Positions 1 to 12,968 of a stretch of DNA of 64,000 bases are shown here, in pieces. How positions within the stretch are numbered: position 1 is the stretch's first letter; every line of letters begins with the position of its first letter. This DNA comes from Balanoglossus misakiensis (taxonomy: Eukaryota; Animalia; Hemichordata): contig CM082589.2 of the NCBI GenBank assembly GCA_040954595.2, positions 393,423 through 457,422 of the forward strand, given 5' to 3'. The position numbers and the translations under genes were made by a program. The notes beneath the pieces were generated by a model. The model made no database searches. It saw nothing but the letters and a program-made list of their open reading frames with translations, and was not told the origin of the DNA.

Positions 1-1649
1 ATTTACTCGTGTTTTGAGATTATTAACCAAACAATATCAAGCATATACTTCAATTTCATTCTTGAGAAATACCACACTATCTTCAGGCTCTCACCCAAAG
101 TCACAAAGTCATTCCCGTCTCATTCAACAAGCACCACAAAAGAAGCACTTACATAAATTTTATTAAATATAATTTACAAACACCTCGAAAGCAAATTAAT
201 TTGACTGACTGGAAATAATTCAATACTTCATGAATTTATTTTCTCAAAATTCATTGACTTCACAACTTCAAGTTTTGTTGGAGTTATTTCACATTTTGTA
301 AATACAACAGTAAATTAATCAACAACTTTCACATGCAAAATGTGCCCGTGGGTCAAAGGTCAAAAGCAAGTTTTACACAACTCCCTGTATTAGCAAAATA
401 ATTATTCAATCGACACAATCTGTTTTATTTCAGTAAATTGTTTTTAGAGGGTAAGCTCTTTTGAATTGTAAGGAAAAGAAGAGTCATTACATCATAAAAC
501 TTGGGTGACAGATCTGATATTGTGATATGGACATGGAAGAATGGCTTCAACAACAAACAAACACATGATCAAAAGAGTTTTGGGTTTTGACAAAAATTGA
601 TATACATTACTGTTAACAACTTTGTATCTTTTCTTTCAAAATTGACACTCATATGATTTCAGAGACATGCTTATGAAATTTTAAAACCAAATCTAGCAAT
701 GAAGAATAAAACAACGGACGAAATTAAACGTGTCAAATGTCAAGCATCAAGATATGGACTTAAAATGCAGCATTTTTATTTGGCTACTTTCACAAGGAAA
801 TAACCAATCAGAAGGCAAATTGGTTTATAACTGCTCATCAAAGATAAGTTTAACAATGATTACATATGTGGACAATGTACATTCTTACCAAGACACCCTT
901 ATTTTCTATGTTTCATTTATCACTGTGCAATTACTTCCTCTACACATAGTGATTACGATTTCAAATGTCTGTCAATACTTCAAGAGAATAACAAATGATC
1001 TTCACTGTCTCTCTAAGGAAACATGTTGAAAACTTTAACATTTATTATAATTTTAGCAATTACATTTAAAGGTATTCTTGGTGACGACAACATCTACACT
1101 GTTTAGTACGGATATATTCAAACAAAGCAGTCTAAATTTGACCAACGTAAATTGGAGTTTACATCACATGACATGAAAGATGAGCAGAAGTGATGATTTA
1201 TTCCTTGATAAAAGAAAGTACAATATCGAGATTAAATGACAAACATTTAGATACTGGTAATAGGATTAAATGCACAGTAAAGTCATCTAGAAACAGGAAA
1301 AAAGGAAGAACTGTCTTGTTTGAAAGTGCACTTTTAGCCCCTGTTACGGAATGCACAAACATTAAGCTTCTACAAAGAGCTTTCAACTAAAAACACCTTT
1401 GCTAACATGCATGAAGATTGCCTTACAAAATTCAAGAACTTGAACTTTGCTACAATTTGAACAATTACTGCTTGCCTTGGCCCACAATAAATTTGACTTA
1501 ACTTTGGCTTGACTTCATATGAACCTTTTTGTTAATTTTTTGCATTGGAACAATGTATTCTTTGATTGCTACATGTTATCATTTGAAGTGACTCTGACAT
1601 CCAATTATCGTTTTTCCTTCTTTGATACTTCTGGTAACAGATTCTGTAT

Positions 1650-4600
1650 CTATGTCTTCTTTGGCCAGGGTGCTGCCTTGACTCTGTAAAACTTGGTGCC
1701 TGGAGGAACTTTGAACCGATTCTGTGCCTGCAGTCAGAAAATCACAAGACAACTTCAGCCTCTTAGTTTAGATCAAGTTTACACTTTGAACCAAGAATTA
1801 CCTTACTCATAAACAAGAGTACATGTAACTTGCATTGCTGCACCTTATTAAATAATCAATTGTTCCCTTATTGCCAACCCTTTTACTGGATTCCTTCTCT
1901 GGATATCAATGCAGTCAGGAATGCAGCTGTAAGAATATTACCCCTGGTACTGGTAGGCCAAATATTAAGTTTCCTCAAAACAACATCAATGATACTAAAG
2001 GCCACCAGCTTTGATTGATAAAATAAGACTAGAAGATGATTTGTAAAAGGAACAATCAATAAATCTGGACAATGCATCAATACAGATGTAAATTTGACAA
2101 TTAATTAATTTGAAATCACTCACCTTCTTGGCTTGACAATATTCTTTGTCTGTGATCTGACCAAGTACCCATAGTCTAAAGAAATCAATAGTGGACACAA
2201 ATTAACTGTAAATATTGTAATATTGACCTCATGCAGACAACCGGTTACCTTTGATTTGTTATGGTAGACTCGAATTTTGGTCTCAGTATGAACAAGAAGT
2301 ATTTTCTGGAAAAGAGGATACATGTATTTGACTCTTAAAATTCAACCCATATCCTTGGATAGGTTTTGCAAAATCAACATGTTTTAGCCACTTTACAAGC
2401 AACATCCACAAAATTCTACCACACAATTCTAGATACCAGCAACAAACGGCAAACTGGCAACATCGTATTTCTTTCATGCCAGCAACGCGTTATCTCTAAA
2501 ACTGTAACAACATCACAATTTAATAGACAAAGAGGCGTCCCCCCATCCCAATTGCTAAGTCTCCTACCCCTTTCTGTTCACGTCTCTCTCTCAACACGCA
2601 CGTACTTCAACTGCGCAATTGGGATGGGGGCGCCTCTTTGTCTACTAAATTGAGACGTTGTTACAATTTTAGAGATAACGTGTCGGCCCCCTCAAAGAAC
2701 TACGGTGTTGCTAGTTTGGCATTTGTTGCTAGTATTCTGAACATCGTAGTACAATGGTTAGGAACATCATCAAAGGAAATAACACTGCTGCACTTACTTT
2801 CTATCTTTACCAGACTGTGGTTTCAACTCCAGACCTGCCACTGAATCCGAATGCACAAAATACAGGATTGGTCCAATGGTAAATATGATGTAATTCTCAC
2901 GGTATTCATCAAAGCAAATCAACACAATGTCACCAATGGAGAAACTGCAAAAAGAAAAATTCATCATTAATTGACCATTACTCAATCAGCACATAAAACA
3001 CAACCCAACATGAACAAACATATTTTGAGCATCATAAACATGCAGTGAGTTTATTGTAGAATTTTGACACTTACATTTTGTCTTTCAAGGATGGCTTTGA
3101 TTATAAAAAATTATTTTCAGTAAAATATTTAAAACTATATATGGTGTTTCACCTTGTTGACTTTTTCTTGTTTATCACAGACAAGAAAAAATTTCCACCA
3201 CATAATATTTCACACACATAGTATTGAGTATTCTTTCAAGGAAAGAAATTCAACATGGCTGCCAAAGAGAGAAATTCAACATGGCTGCCAAGGAGAGAAA
3301 TTCAACATGGCTGCCAAGCTCTCACTTTTGGATTGTTAATCGCCTTGAAAATGATACCAGCAGTTTGTTCTAGAGATGTATAGTCCACCTGGACAGTTAC
3401 TGTCTTTGCTAGCGCCCAAGGTAGAAGAAATGATAATTTGTTGAAAACTTACTTTTGAATGGAGACTTTATCAGCTTTGGCAGAAACTGCCCTTGTCAGT
3501 TGTAACTGGAATAAAAACAGAAACTTCAGTTTTCAACAAAAGTTTTAATTTTGTGTTCAAAATGCATGCAACCTGTTGTCAATTGACTTGCAAGTAGTAG
3601 TCTGGTTACAACCATGACTTCTTATTGTTCTGTGCTGTATCAGTAAATTGATTCACAACACACGTAACTGTAGTGTTACTCAGCTTGAGAGTTCAAGTTT
3701 GACAACATGACCACTTGAACACCTGGTCTTAGATTTAACCAATAATAGCCCACTTACTAATCTCTGGTTCAAGGTACTACATTCCTCTTCTTTGGCTCTC
3801 AATGCCACTTCCAACATATGATGTCTGTCTCTGGAATCCAAACTAGTGTTGGTAATATCACTGTAATGAAACAAAACATTCAAATATTTTGGTATATGAG
3901 TGTGTTAACATTTGAATTGTTGACATACTGTAAGTGTAATAAAATTTGTGGTCAAAAAATAAAATTGCAGCTTACCTGTGAGCTGAAGCTGACAATATTC
4001 CATCAGGTAGTTTCTCAAATGTCATAGAGGGCGGTCTTTCTCTCTGTAGTGGCACTCTGCCTTCTAACACTTCCAGTTTCTTTTCAGCTTGGTCGAGTTT
4101 CTTCTCTAAAGTTCCAATCCTTGATTTCAGAAGTGCCTCTCTTTCCTGACTCTGTGTCAATGATCTTTTGGTTTCTTCATCCACATCAGCATTTCCAGCA
4201 AGCACTCTTGCTAAAGCATCACCACTTTCTTGTTGTTGGGATAACAGTTCTTCAACTTTCCGTTCAAGTTCAGCAATGATTTTAGCCTTCTCAAGACCAA
4301 CTTTAGCGACAGCCTCATTAAAACTAACCTGTTTCTCTGCTTGTAGACTATTCTTCATACTTGTTAGGCTATCTTGTTTATCTTTCTCGTGAGATCGAAT
4401 AAACTCTTCCATTTCTGCATGGTGTCTTTGTCTCTCCATTTCAACAGCTGCAGCAATGGCTTGATCTCTTTCTTCATTGGAATCCGTTCTCATCTGATTC
4501 AAAGTCTCTTCATGTTTTCGCCTTTCCTTCTCCACTGCATCCAGAATTGCACTTTGTTTGTCCGTATGGAATGATTCTTCCATCATACAAGCTGCTAATC

Positions 4601-7600
4601 GTTCATCTATCTTGCTCTGCATATTTGACATGTATTCTTGCTTATCTGCCTTACATTTTTCAGTCAACTTTGCAATGTCAGTTTCATGTTCTTTCTCAAG
4701 TAGCTGCCTCAGACATTCAAGTTCCTGTTTTTTCTGTGTTTCGAATGTCTCTTTCATTTCCTCGACATCCTTGGCATGTTTCAGTTCCATTTCGTTCCTC
4801 ATTTCACCTTTCTCCCTCTTAGATTCCTCAACCATAGTTTTCATTTTCCCTTCATAGTCACATTTCAATTTCTCAGTTTCTTCCTTGAGTACACTTGTCA
4901 CCCTCTTCTCTGTTTCTTGCACAACGTTCCTCTCTTCAATCTCAGCTTCTGCTCTCAATCTCATTTCCAATTCCTTCTTACTTCTTTCAAAGCCAGCTGT
5001 TAAATCTTTAGCAAGCTGATCTTTCTCAAGTGCCAACTCAGCGATTACTTTCTCTTTGGCCTTGATATCCACACTCATTTCTTGGATCTGGCTGCTGAGA
5101 TCCTGTTTGATGACAGCTACGGCGTTGCTTTTTTCATCCAGGAATTTTTTCGACAATTCTTGCATTTGACTTTCATAGTTTTGTTGTAATGCATGAGCAT
5201 TGTCTCCACTACATTTCAACTCCTCTTTCAACTGTGTCGCTTGTTGTTCTAATCTCGTACACTGACTGAGTTGTTCTTGAAGTTTCTTTTGATACACCTC
5301 TTCCATTTCATTGCTACTTTGTTTCACTTTTTCAACTGTGACTTTCAAGTCCTGTTTTTCTCTCTCGTGTTCCACCTTGACAGTATTCACTGCCTGGATA
5401 AACTTATCCCTGGCATCTCCCACAAATGTTCCATACTTTGTTCTCTCTTCCTTGATGTCTGCCTCTATACTCTTCATATCCAACTTCATTTCAGATCTAG
5501 TCTTCTCCAGACTTAGCAAAAGTTTCTTGAATTTTTCCTGTTCATTGAGTAAGCTGGTTTTGGTAGCTTCTAGTTCTTGTTGCACTTTGATGAGTTGTAC
5601 AGATTTCTGCATCAGATTTGTTTGTAGATCAGTTGTGACTGCAGATACTCCTTCATGTCTGCCAAGAGTGGTCAATTCTGGTAGAAGACTCTGAGATGCA
5701 GACATAAATTCCTCATTCTGATCAGTCAGTGATAAAAACAGTGACCTGTCTGACTGTGTGGGTGTTGTGTCTTTACTGCTCTCTTGAACTCTTTCATCAG
5801 TTTTGATCAAAGACTGTCTTTGTTCTTCGGCCATTTTGTGAAACTCTTCATCCAGGACATTCTCAACTTTCTCAAAACTAAGACTAAGTCTCTTCAAATC
5901 ATCCTCCTCTTCCCCCTTAGAGTCCTTGGTTACCTTGGCAACATCTGTTCCATCTTTGTGATGTGACGAGTCAGCAACTGCAATCGGTGATGCATCATTC
6001 CCCTCGGGTAATTCCTTCAACGGACTCCGTGCAGTCAAACTTTTAAGTATCAGTACTTCCTGATGATGTTCTTCAAATGCCTTCTTGAAGTTTTCAACGC
6101 TTGGAACTCGTAGAAGATTGGAAAGCTCTGGCACTTGTTGTCTCAACTGTGAGATGTCTGTGTCTGTAATGTCTGGCAACTTGCTATCAAAGGATTCTGG
6201 CATTTCACTCTGGTGTGGAGATGAAAATACAAAAAGTCATGAATTTCTGTAAAGGACAAAGAGTGGATAACTGGAGTATGAATTACTCAAACTTTTTTCA
6301 GATGTAAGTAAATTGAATGCTTTGTCTACTTACAGCAAAGGCTGATGGATAATCATCAATTCCTGGGAATAATCCATGTAGGAAATGTTTTCCCATGATG
6401 GCTGCAAATTCCATTCTCCTGGACACTTCCTGTCCTTGGATGTGACTGGATTCATCAGTCAGTTTTGTCGCCCACTGTTTAAAATAAATATTGATTGCAT
6501 CAGCAAATGAATTCTCATTCAGTTTAACCTCTTGAACTCCTTAAAGGTTGACGATCATCTTATGTGCATGTGCCTAACCAGAGACTCTGGTTACAAAAAT
6601 TGTATATAGTCAATGCCATAAAGCAGTGTGCTGTCTTAACAAGATGTGACTCTATAACCAACCTGCATAAATTTACTTGAGTACAGTTTCCTTCTGTAGA
6701 CTTCCACCACAGCCATTGCATACAGTTTTGGTGACATATCAATTTGTTCAACAACTTCAAGCCGTCGTCGCAACCTCTTCAGATTCTCATGATATATCAC
6801 CATTTTACTGTCAATGTCTGAAATTTGCTTCTCAACATACATTATCCACCTGTAAGAGCAAAGAAATTTTCATTTCTCTGAAGTATGAAATAATATGCAA
6901 ACTCTCATGCTGAAGGTTGTCACTGCAATGAATTCAAAGCCACATGCAGTTAGGAGACTGGACATGAGATTGTTTGTTTCTATATTTGACGATGCATATT
7001 AATTGTATCAGTCTGTACACATATAAGTATTACCTCAGTCTTGCATGTAAATTGACTGACAATTCTTCTTTGGCAAGAGTACATCGTCGTCTGATATCCC
7101 GGAGTTGGCTGTGATTTTTTAACATGACCATTAACTGTTTTTGATGACTTGAGCAGAGATCAGGTAATATAGATGGGTCATTCAGTATTCTAACTCTCTC
7201 CTGGTTCTGAACAAATCCCTGCATGGGTTATAAAATCAGTAACAACAAATACATGTACATATTGAATAACTTTGAAAATTAGCCCGCTGTAAATGCATTT
7301 TTGACATTAAATGCAATTACAGTCAGGAAGGCAGTATTGATTTCTGTCATTAGATGTAAATAAATGAGGTAACCCATTCTTAAGACTGTGTGTCAACTGA
7401 TGTAAGATTAAAAGCCCACTCCATTTTCCCCTTATTTTACATATTCAGACACATGTTTACATGCAAAACAAAAACTAATGATTCAGTTTCCGACAACAAA
7501 CAGTAAAATACTTACCTGTGCCATTTCCCCTTGATCTTGCACTATTTTCCTAGCACCAGCCATTAATTGTTCCAATCCATACAGTCTATCACCAAGACCT

Positions 7601-10244
7601 TTGATTTCTTTCATACTGGCATTATCTACACCCTCTGATAATATACAAAATATTTTTGTGACTTTCATCCCTCCGTCTCTGTCTAGAGGTCTGGCATTAC
7701 TCATGATCACAGTGAGGTCGGACACAACCATTATGTTGAAAAAGGTAAGGCTGATTTGAAGGGAATGTGGCATTTAAAAGACGTCAGAACTATCTGACTG
7801 ACTTCCAAATATTTAAAGAATTTATCAGTTTTTCTCTCTCTTCACATAATTGTCTGCATTATCCATCCATTATCAAAATGATTTCATTTCTATTAAGTCA
7901 CTTACCTAAGGCAGTGTTGATCTCTGTCATCAGATTGTTCAAAACAGATTCATCAAACTGAAGAAAGATAAAAAAGAAAGGAGTTCATTCTCAGTTCTCT
8001 CTGTCACTGAGCACTCTGTTCCTCTCACTCTCTTTGTCTAAACGTAAAATGAATATCCACGATGTAGAAACAACGGCCATAATCAACAACTTCAATAACT
8101 CTAACAGGAAGTGATCTTAATCATGATAATAGCAACTATATTTTCGATACTGAATTACTCCCTGAATTCATTAATGTGTTTAATACTTTTACTTTTATAT
8201 TCCCACACATATAATAATCAGATTCAGATCAATTTTACCTGTTCCAAAGCTTTTAAACAGTGTTCAGCCATCTGCTGCAAAGTACTTCTCTGATCCTACA
8301 AATAATAAAAAGAGCAAATGTTCACATCCATAATTGAGGAACACTCCATGGTATCTCTATGTTCCCTTAACCCTTCACCACCATGGTTAGGTCCAACTCC
8401 ATTGTTTTTTTACTATTAAGTTGGACCTCTTAACACGGAAATGGGGGTGTCATTATAGGAAGGATCATTTACAAAACTCAGACTGTATGGATCCAGTCTT
8501 CCTTGATTTTCAACGTTTTACTAGATGTGAAACTGACACATTCAAAATGTAGCTATTGTGGTAACTATCCTTACCTGACTACTGATCCACTGTAGCAATG
8601 TGATGCATTTCGAAAGGTCGGTTGGTCTTTCTTGTTGTTGTCTTGGTGACAGACATGGGAGGAGGGGCATTTTGGACAGCAGAGCCAAGACTGTGTTAAA
8701 GTCGCTTAACATGGTAAAATACTGTGCTCTTGTCAAGAGGAAATCTTCAAAGTTCTGCTTGAAAATTGTCGATCTTTGTCTAAAAGCACTGTAGAGAAAT
8801 AAAGGTAAAATGACTATTAATGTGGGATTGTTTTCATTTACTTAAACCAACAGTAGCTTTACACAGATCAGATTGAAATTTAGCTTTGCTGGAATAGAAT
8901 TTCAGTTCTCATAACTGCAAACATTTTCTAACTGGACCACAAAAACCACCTAGCCTTACCTACTAATGTCTTCTAAGTTGGCAACTACAGCTGCCCAGCC
9001 TTGCTGCTGTAAATGTTGATCGTGGACCAAACTTTCACAACATGAAACTTCTTCTTGGGCCAAGTCAGCGATTTGCTGTCAGGATAGACATTATTAATAC
9101 GATTTCGAACATGAAATACTCGAAAATTATACACTGTAAATCAATTTCATGACATGCATGTAACAGGGTCTAATCAGTACCTGTACTAATAGGCCTTGAG
9201 AAAACAGCAAATGTTACCAACATTAATGTGTTTTTTTCTGACGTCCGATTATTATTTTAAATTTAAAACAAATGTACAATATACACAAACATAATTGATT
9301 ATTCTCCTAGAAATTCATGTACAGTCAATCTTTCAGGGAAATACAACTCACCAAAGCCAGTTGTACCCTTGACACAACTGTTTCAAAAGATGGTTGCATA
9401 ATTAGTGAGCCTTCCACCTGATATTTGAGATCACCATCAGATCCAGCGTAGACACTTGGAGATGGTGGCGCTGCAGATTCTATGGTACTCTTACTAAATA
9501 GAAATATGGGATTGGTATCCTGAAAATGTAAAATATCAAACCGACATGGTAACAATCCAAGTTGGATTTTCTAAGATAACACTTATTTCATGCGACTGAT
9601 AAGTTTAACAATACCTACCGTTCCAGCATGATAACTGCAGACTCTCATAACAGGATCTAAATTTTCACCACCGCTTATCAACAACACTTGTTTGTCAACA
9701 GGAATCTGGCACTCATCAGCAATAGCTGCTTGCAGGTGACTTACACTGAAAAGAAAACAAATGAGCATTTAACCCTCTTTACCACCATTTCTTGCTCCAA
9801 CTCTTACACTGCAGAATGCATGAACCCGGAATGATCTAAATATCACCAAGCTGTCACCAACACACATATTGGTGTATACCTTGGTGTTAAACAATAAAAA
9901 CTGACAGACAGCTTAAAATGACCTTGAATAACTATGTGGGTGGATCTTTCATTTTCAAAACTAGTCATGTTATTGTATTCCACCATACTCTCAGTGTCCA
10001 AAGTACACCATTATCAAATAGTAACAGACACTTCTGTCATTTTTACAGGTACAAAGTACAAGCCTCTGTTTCTGCTAACATATGCAAATTTACCCCTATA
10101 TATCATGTGTGGAGTTACACCTGGCAACTTAAATCTTATTTAATTGACATTATTTCAAAGTATCAAACTATCTTACCTTTCAACAGCCAGATTCATATCA
10201 AAGTTGAGCATAGTGCCGGTATCAACAAGAAAGATGTACAACAT
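1650..10244 (-). CDS. RB1CC1: RB1-inducible coiled-coil protein 1 (FIP200, Atg11/Atg17-like autophagy scaffold), 17 coding exons, ~1366 aa
   Basis: Phase-consistent GT-AG exons: 10177-10244, 9619-9745, 9352-9519, 8960-9075, 8575-8788, 8239-8295, 7906-7957, 7516-7634, 7034-7218, 6663-6849, 6334-6474, 3976-6209, 3758-3860, 3453-3505, 2798-2944, 2124-2175, 1650-1727. N-terminus MLYIFLVDTGTMLNFD...QVLLISGGE...VCSYHAGTDTNPIFLFSK, a long coiled-coil exon, and C-terminal Claw domain ...VLGQITDKEYCQAKKAQNRFKVPPGTKFYRVKA match FIP200. Confidence 0.96.
2434..2734. mobile_element. Degenerate foldback MITE with ~120-bp imperfect TIRs and TA at both ends (Tc1/mariner-like), in an RB1CC1 intron
   Basis: Left arm TACCAGCAACAAACGGCAAACTGGCAAC...TAGACAAAGAGGCG...ATCCCAATTGC is the imperfect reverse complement of right arm GCAATTGGGAT...CGCCTCTTTGTCTA...GTTGCTAGTTTGGCATTTGTTGCTAGTA. 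Confidence 0.8.
3243..3318. repeat. Three tandem copies of a ~26-bp unit (AGAAATTCAACATGGCTGCCAA..), probably a remnant of a non-autonomous DNA element
   Basis: Direct repeats read in the RB1CC1 intron. Confidence 0.85.
8367..8449. mobile_element. Short interspersed TTAACCCTT..CACCACCAT family repeat (piggyBac-like MITE, degenerate)
   Basis: TTAACCCTTCACCACCATGGTTAGGTCCAACTCCATTGTTTT...GTTGGACC...GGAAATGGGGGTG aligns by eye with 36591-36682 and with a fragment at ~9769-9805. A TTAA+CCC start is typical of piggyBac termini. Confidence 0.6.
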
Positions 10245-11149
10245 GGTTGTAACTTAGTCTCTTACAAGGTCACTTGCAACTTGTTATTCTGATGGTGAAC
10301 TGAAAATAAAATACAAATTAATCAATGTACAAAGCATGTCATCTAGATTGAAATATCACTCAGACAAAAAGATTTGCCTTTTGAAGAAATTTGTTGCATA
10401 AAATGTACAAACCACAAAACAATGAATCAGATATCAACACATTTCTAATCATTGGAACAAGAGTCATGATATCAAAACCACAAATGTTGATTTCTTTACA
10501 CCTGTCCAATTTTAAAGGCTGCTCTCTTTGGACGCAGATGACTTACAATAGATGGACAAATTCAACCAACGTAAGCGGACTGCAGGTCAAATCAATTTTT
10601 TGCGTAATAACCAAGACGTAAAATAAACTTGCCTACAGTGTAGTGATCGTCTGCAATATTTGGAAGTGGTGACGTCAGCTTTATTATTGAAACAAATGTG
10701 TCATCACACAGGTCACACCAAAGGTGAGGCTGACACGACTTTAGATCTGATCTCTCTCCCCTCTCTGTCTCCCCCCTCTCAGAAAGACGACAATATTATC
10801 AGTGCGGAATATTGTGTGAATATACAGCAGGTGTATATATGTATCCACTTATATGCAAATACATTTAAATACTGAGCCTGAGGTCACAGATTACTCGTTA
10901 TTCAATTACGTTTTCTGGGGGGTATCGTGGACAGTCAGGCTGTCAGCTTATAAATTCTAGTGCTGATTATGTTACTATTGATATTGGCATTCACGTTCCT
11001 ATGATTAAAAAAGAAGTGGTAATTATTTACCCTTATATTAACCGATTAACGCCTCGCTCGAACAGGAAGGACTCTGCTCCGTCGGATACACCATCTTGCA
11101 AATCGCCATATTTGTACCCTTTAGGTACATTAACATTACTAGAAAAATT

Positions 11150-11475
11150 CAAAACCGAATACCTAGGGGGCTTATTTTCCCATCTTCATTTCTACTCCAA
11201 TATTCGCCAAATTTTCCCCTGCTTTTGTCATATTTTGCATCAAGATAACCTTACAAAATCTTACTATTAACTAATTTTGTTAAATATTATTAGTGAAAAA
11301 ATATTTATAAAAGGGGAATTTCTTCGAAAAAAATGTTATTCCCCCCTCCCAATCTGTTGATTGAATCGTGTGTCTGAAAATGCAATTTTGAAAGACGCCG
11401 AACACAAACACCTTGACATCGACACGAGGGTAAGACTTGTTAAACTTTCGCGATTCCGTGCGTTTAACGATAATC
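11150..11475. promoter_or_regulatory. Probable bidirectional promoter between RB1CC1 (-) and SF3B5 (+)
   Basis: Divergent gene arrangement with locally CpG-richer sequence. There is a plausible RB1CC1 5'UTR donor (CTAG|gtattc on the minus strand at ~11162). TSS positions are inferred. Confidence 0.5.
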
Positions 11476-11739
11476 ATGGGCGACAGATACAATATTCACA
11501 GTCAGCTGGAACATTTGCAGTCGAAATACATCGGCACTGGACACGCGGATACCACGAAATGGGACTGGATGACCAACCAACACCGAGACAGCTTTTGTAG
11601 CTACATCGGCCATTATGACATGCTGAACTATTTCGCTCTCGTGGAAAACGAAAGTAAAGCTCGGGTGCGCTTCAACCTGATGGAAAAACTGTTGCAGCCA
11701 TGTGGACCACCTCCCGATAAACCTGAAGACCAACTTTGA
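11476..11739 (+). CDS. SF3B5: Splicing factor 3B subunit 5 (SF3b10), intronless, 87 aa
   Basis: MGDRYNIHSQLEHLQSKYIGTGHADTTKWDW...HRDSFCSYIGH...ENESKARVRFNLMEKLLQPCGPPPDKPED is the SF3b5 signature. AATAAA at ~12296. Confidence 0.98.
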   Translation: MGDRYNIHSQLEHLQSKYIGTGHADTTKWDWMTNQHRDSFCSYIGHYDMLNYFALVENESKARVRFNLMEKLLQPCGPPPDKPEDQL

Positions 11740-12968
11740 ACTTTTCTTGTGATTGGATGAAGTCCTGCAAGACTTGACAACAGTGCTGGGCACCAGACGT
11801 CCAAATATTGTTCAAATCCCTAACCCTACCCAGATGTGCCATTTCAAAATGTGTGTGGAATTCTACAGTCAGGATCGTAGCTGTGTCAGTATTCAGGAAA
11901 TGATCATATATGCGTGCTAAATGTTTGACACTTCGCATGATATCAGTACTCTTGTTACCTTCTAACAAACCCGATGAACCGAACTTGTGATTGTGTTGCA
12001 ATGGAGGAGTTCGGTGCACTTGCAGCCATGACTCAACTGAGGATCACGCCAACAGTTTTTACTGTTAAACAGATGCATAACGTGGGAACTTCATAATGCA
12101 GTATGTGTCCTGTTGAATGCCTGCAACATTTTCCAATCCATAGTTTAGCAACATTACAGCAGCAGTTCATCCGATTGGACAAAGCCATGCAACTTTCATT
12201 GATCAACGTTTCCATGACACAGTATCAAAGAACTCTTATGTTAATCATTTTTGCGTGTGATATTTGCATCATTGGGTACATTTTCCAGTTTTAGAAATAA
12301 AGATTATTCTTTCAAGCAAAGACTACTGTAGTTTTCATTCACTCCCATGTGGGTCTTTGCAACCAGAAGGATATGAATGTCTAACAAAAAAAGTATGTGT
12401 AACAAACACACACAAACAATGAGGTAGATATGGACAGAAGGAGTAGAAATAACACGGTAATGAGCAAATGTTTAATTTTACAGTAGCATATTTTTTATTG
12501 AAGGTATTTCAAGGACTAAAACTTACAGAAAAAACCTATCTTGTAAAACGGTACTTAAATACAAATGAAAGGAGAATGTAACTAGGATCACAATTTTAAA
12601 ATGAAATGTACACTTACACTTTAAATACTAAAAAAGTACATTGTACTGAAAACCAAAAAGGAAATGTGTTCAAGTTGTCAACGCGTCGTACAGCATTACT
12701 GCTTGGACGAGTTCAGCATAATCAGTTCAAGACGTTGGTGGTGTACTTCACGTTCGTAAAGAACACATCGGTACATTGCGCACCGTTCACAAAGCGCAGC
12801 TCTTTCAGTGTTCGAGGTTTATTGACAAGCAGACCCCACTGAGGTAGAACAAATTGAGACTTGGTCCAAAACTCAATGTCATATTACAAGACTATTTATG
12901 ACCCAGCAAAAAGTCCCTCCATTTCAAAAGTCTAAGTGCTCCATCAAAATGAGCTGGTTTTTTTTCGA

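Noticed and set aside
3972-6203. Independent 743-aa myosin/SMC-like gene
   Set aside because: It is the large coiled-coil exon of RB1CC1, bounded by in-phase splice sites.
11464-12019. Antisense ORFs overlapping SF3B5
   Set aside because: No recognisable motifs. They are typical shadow frames.
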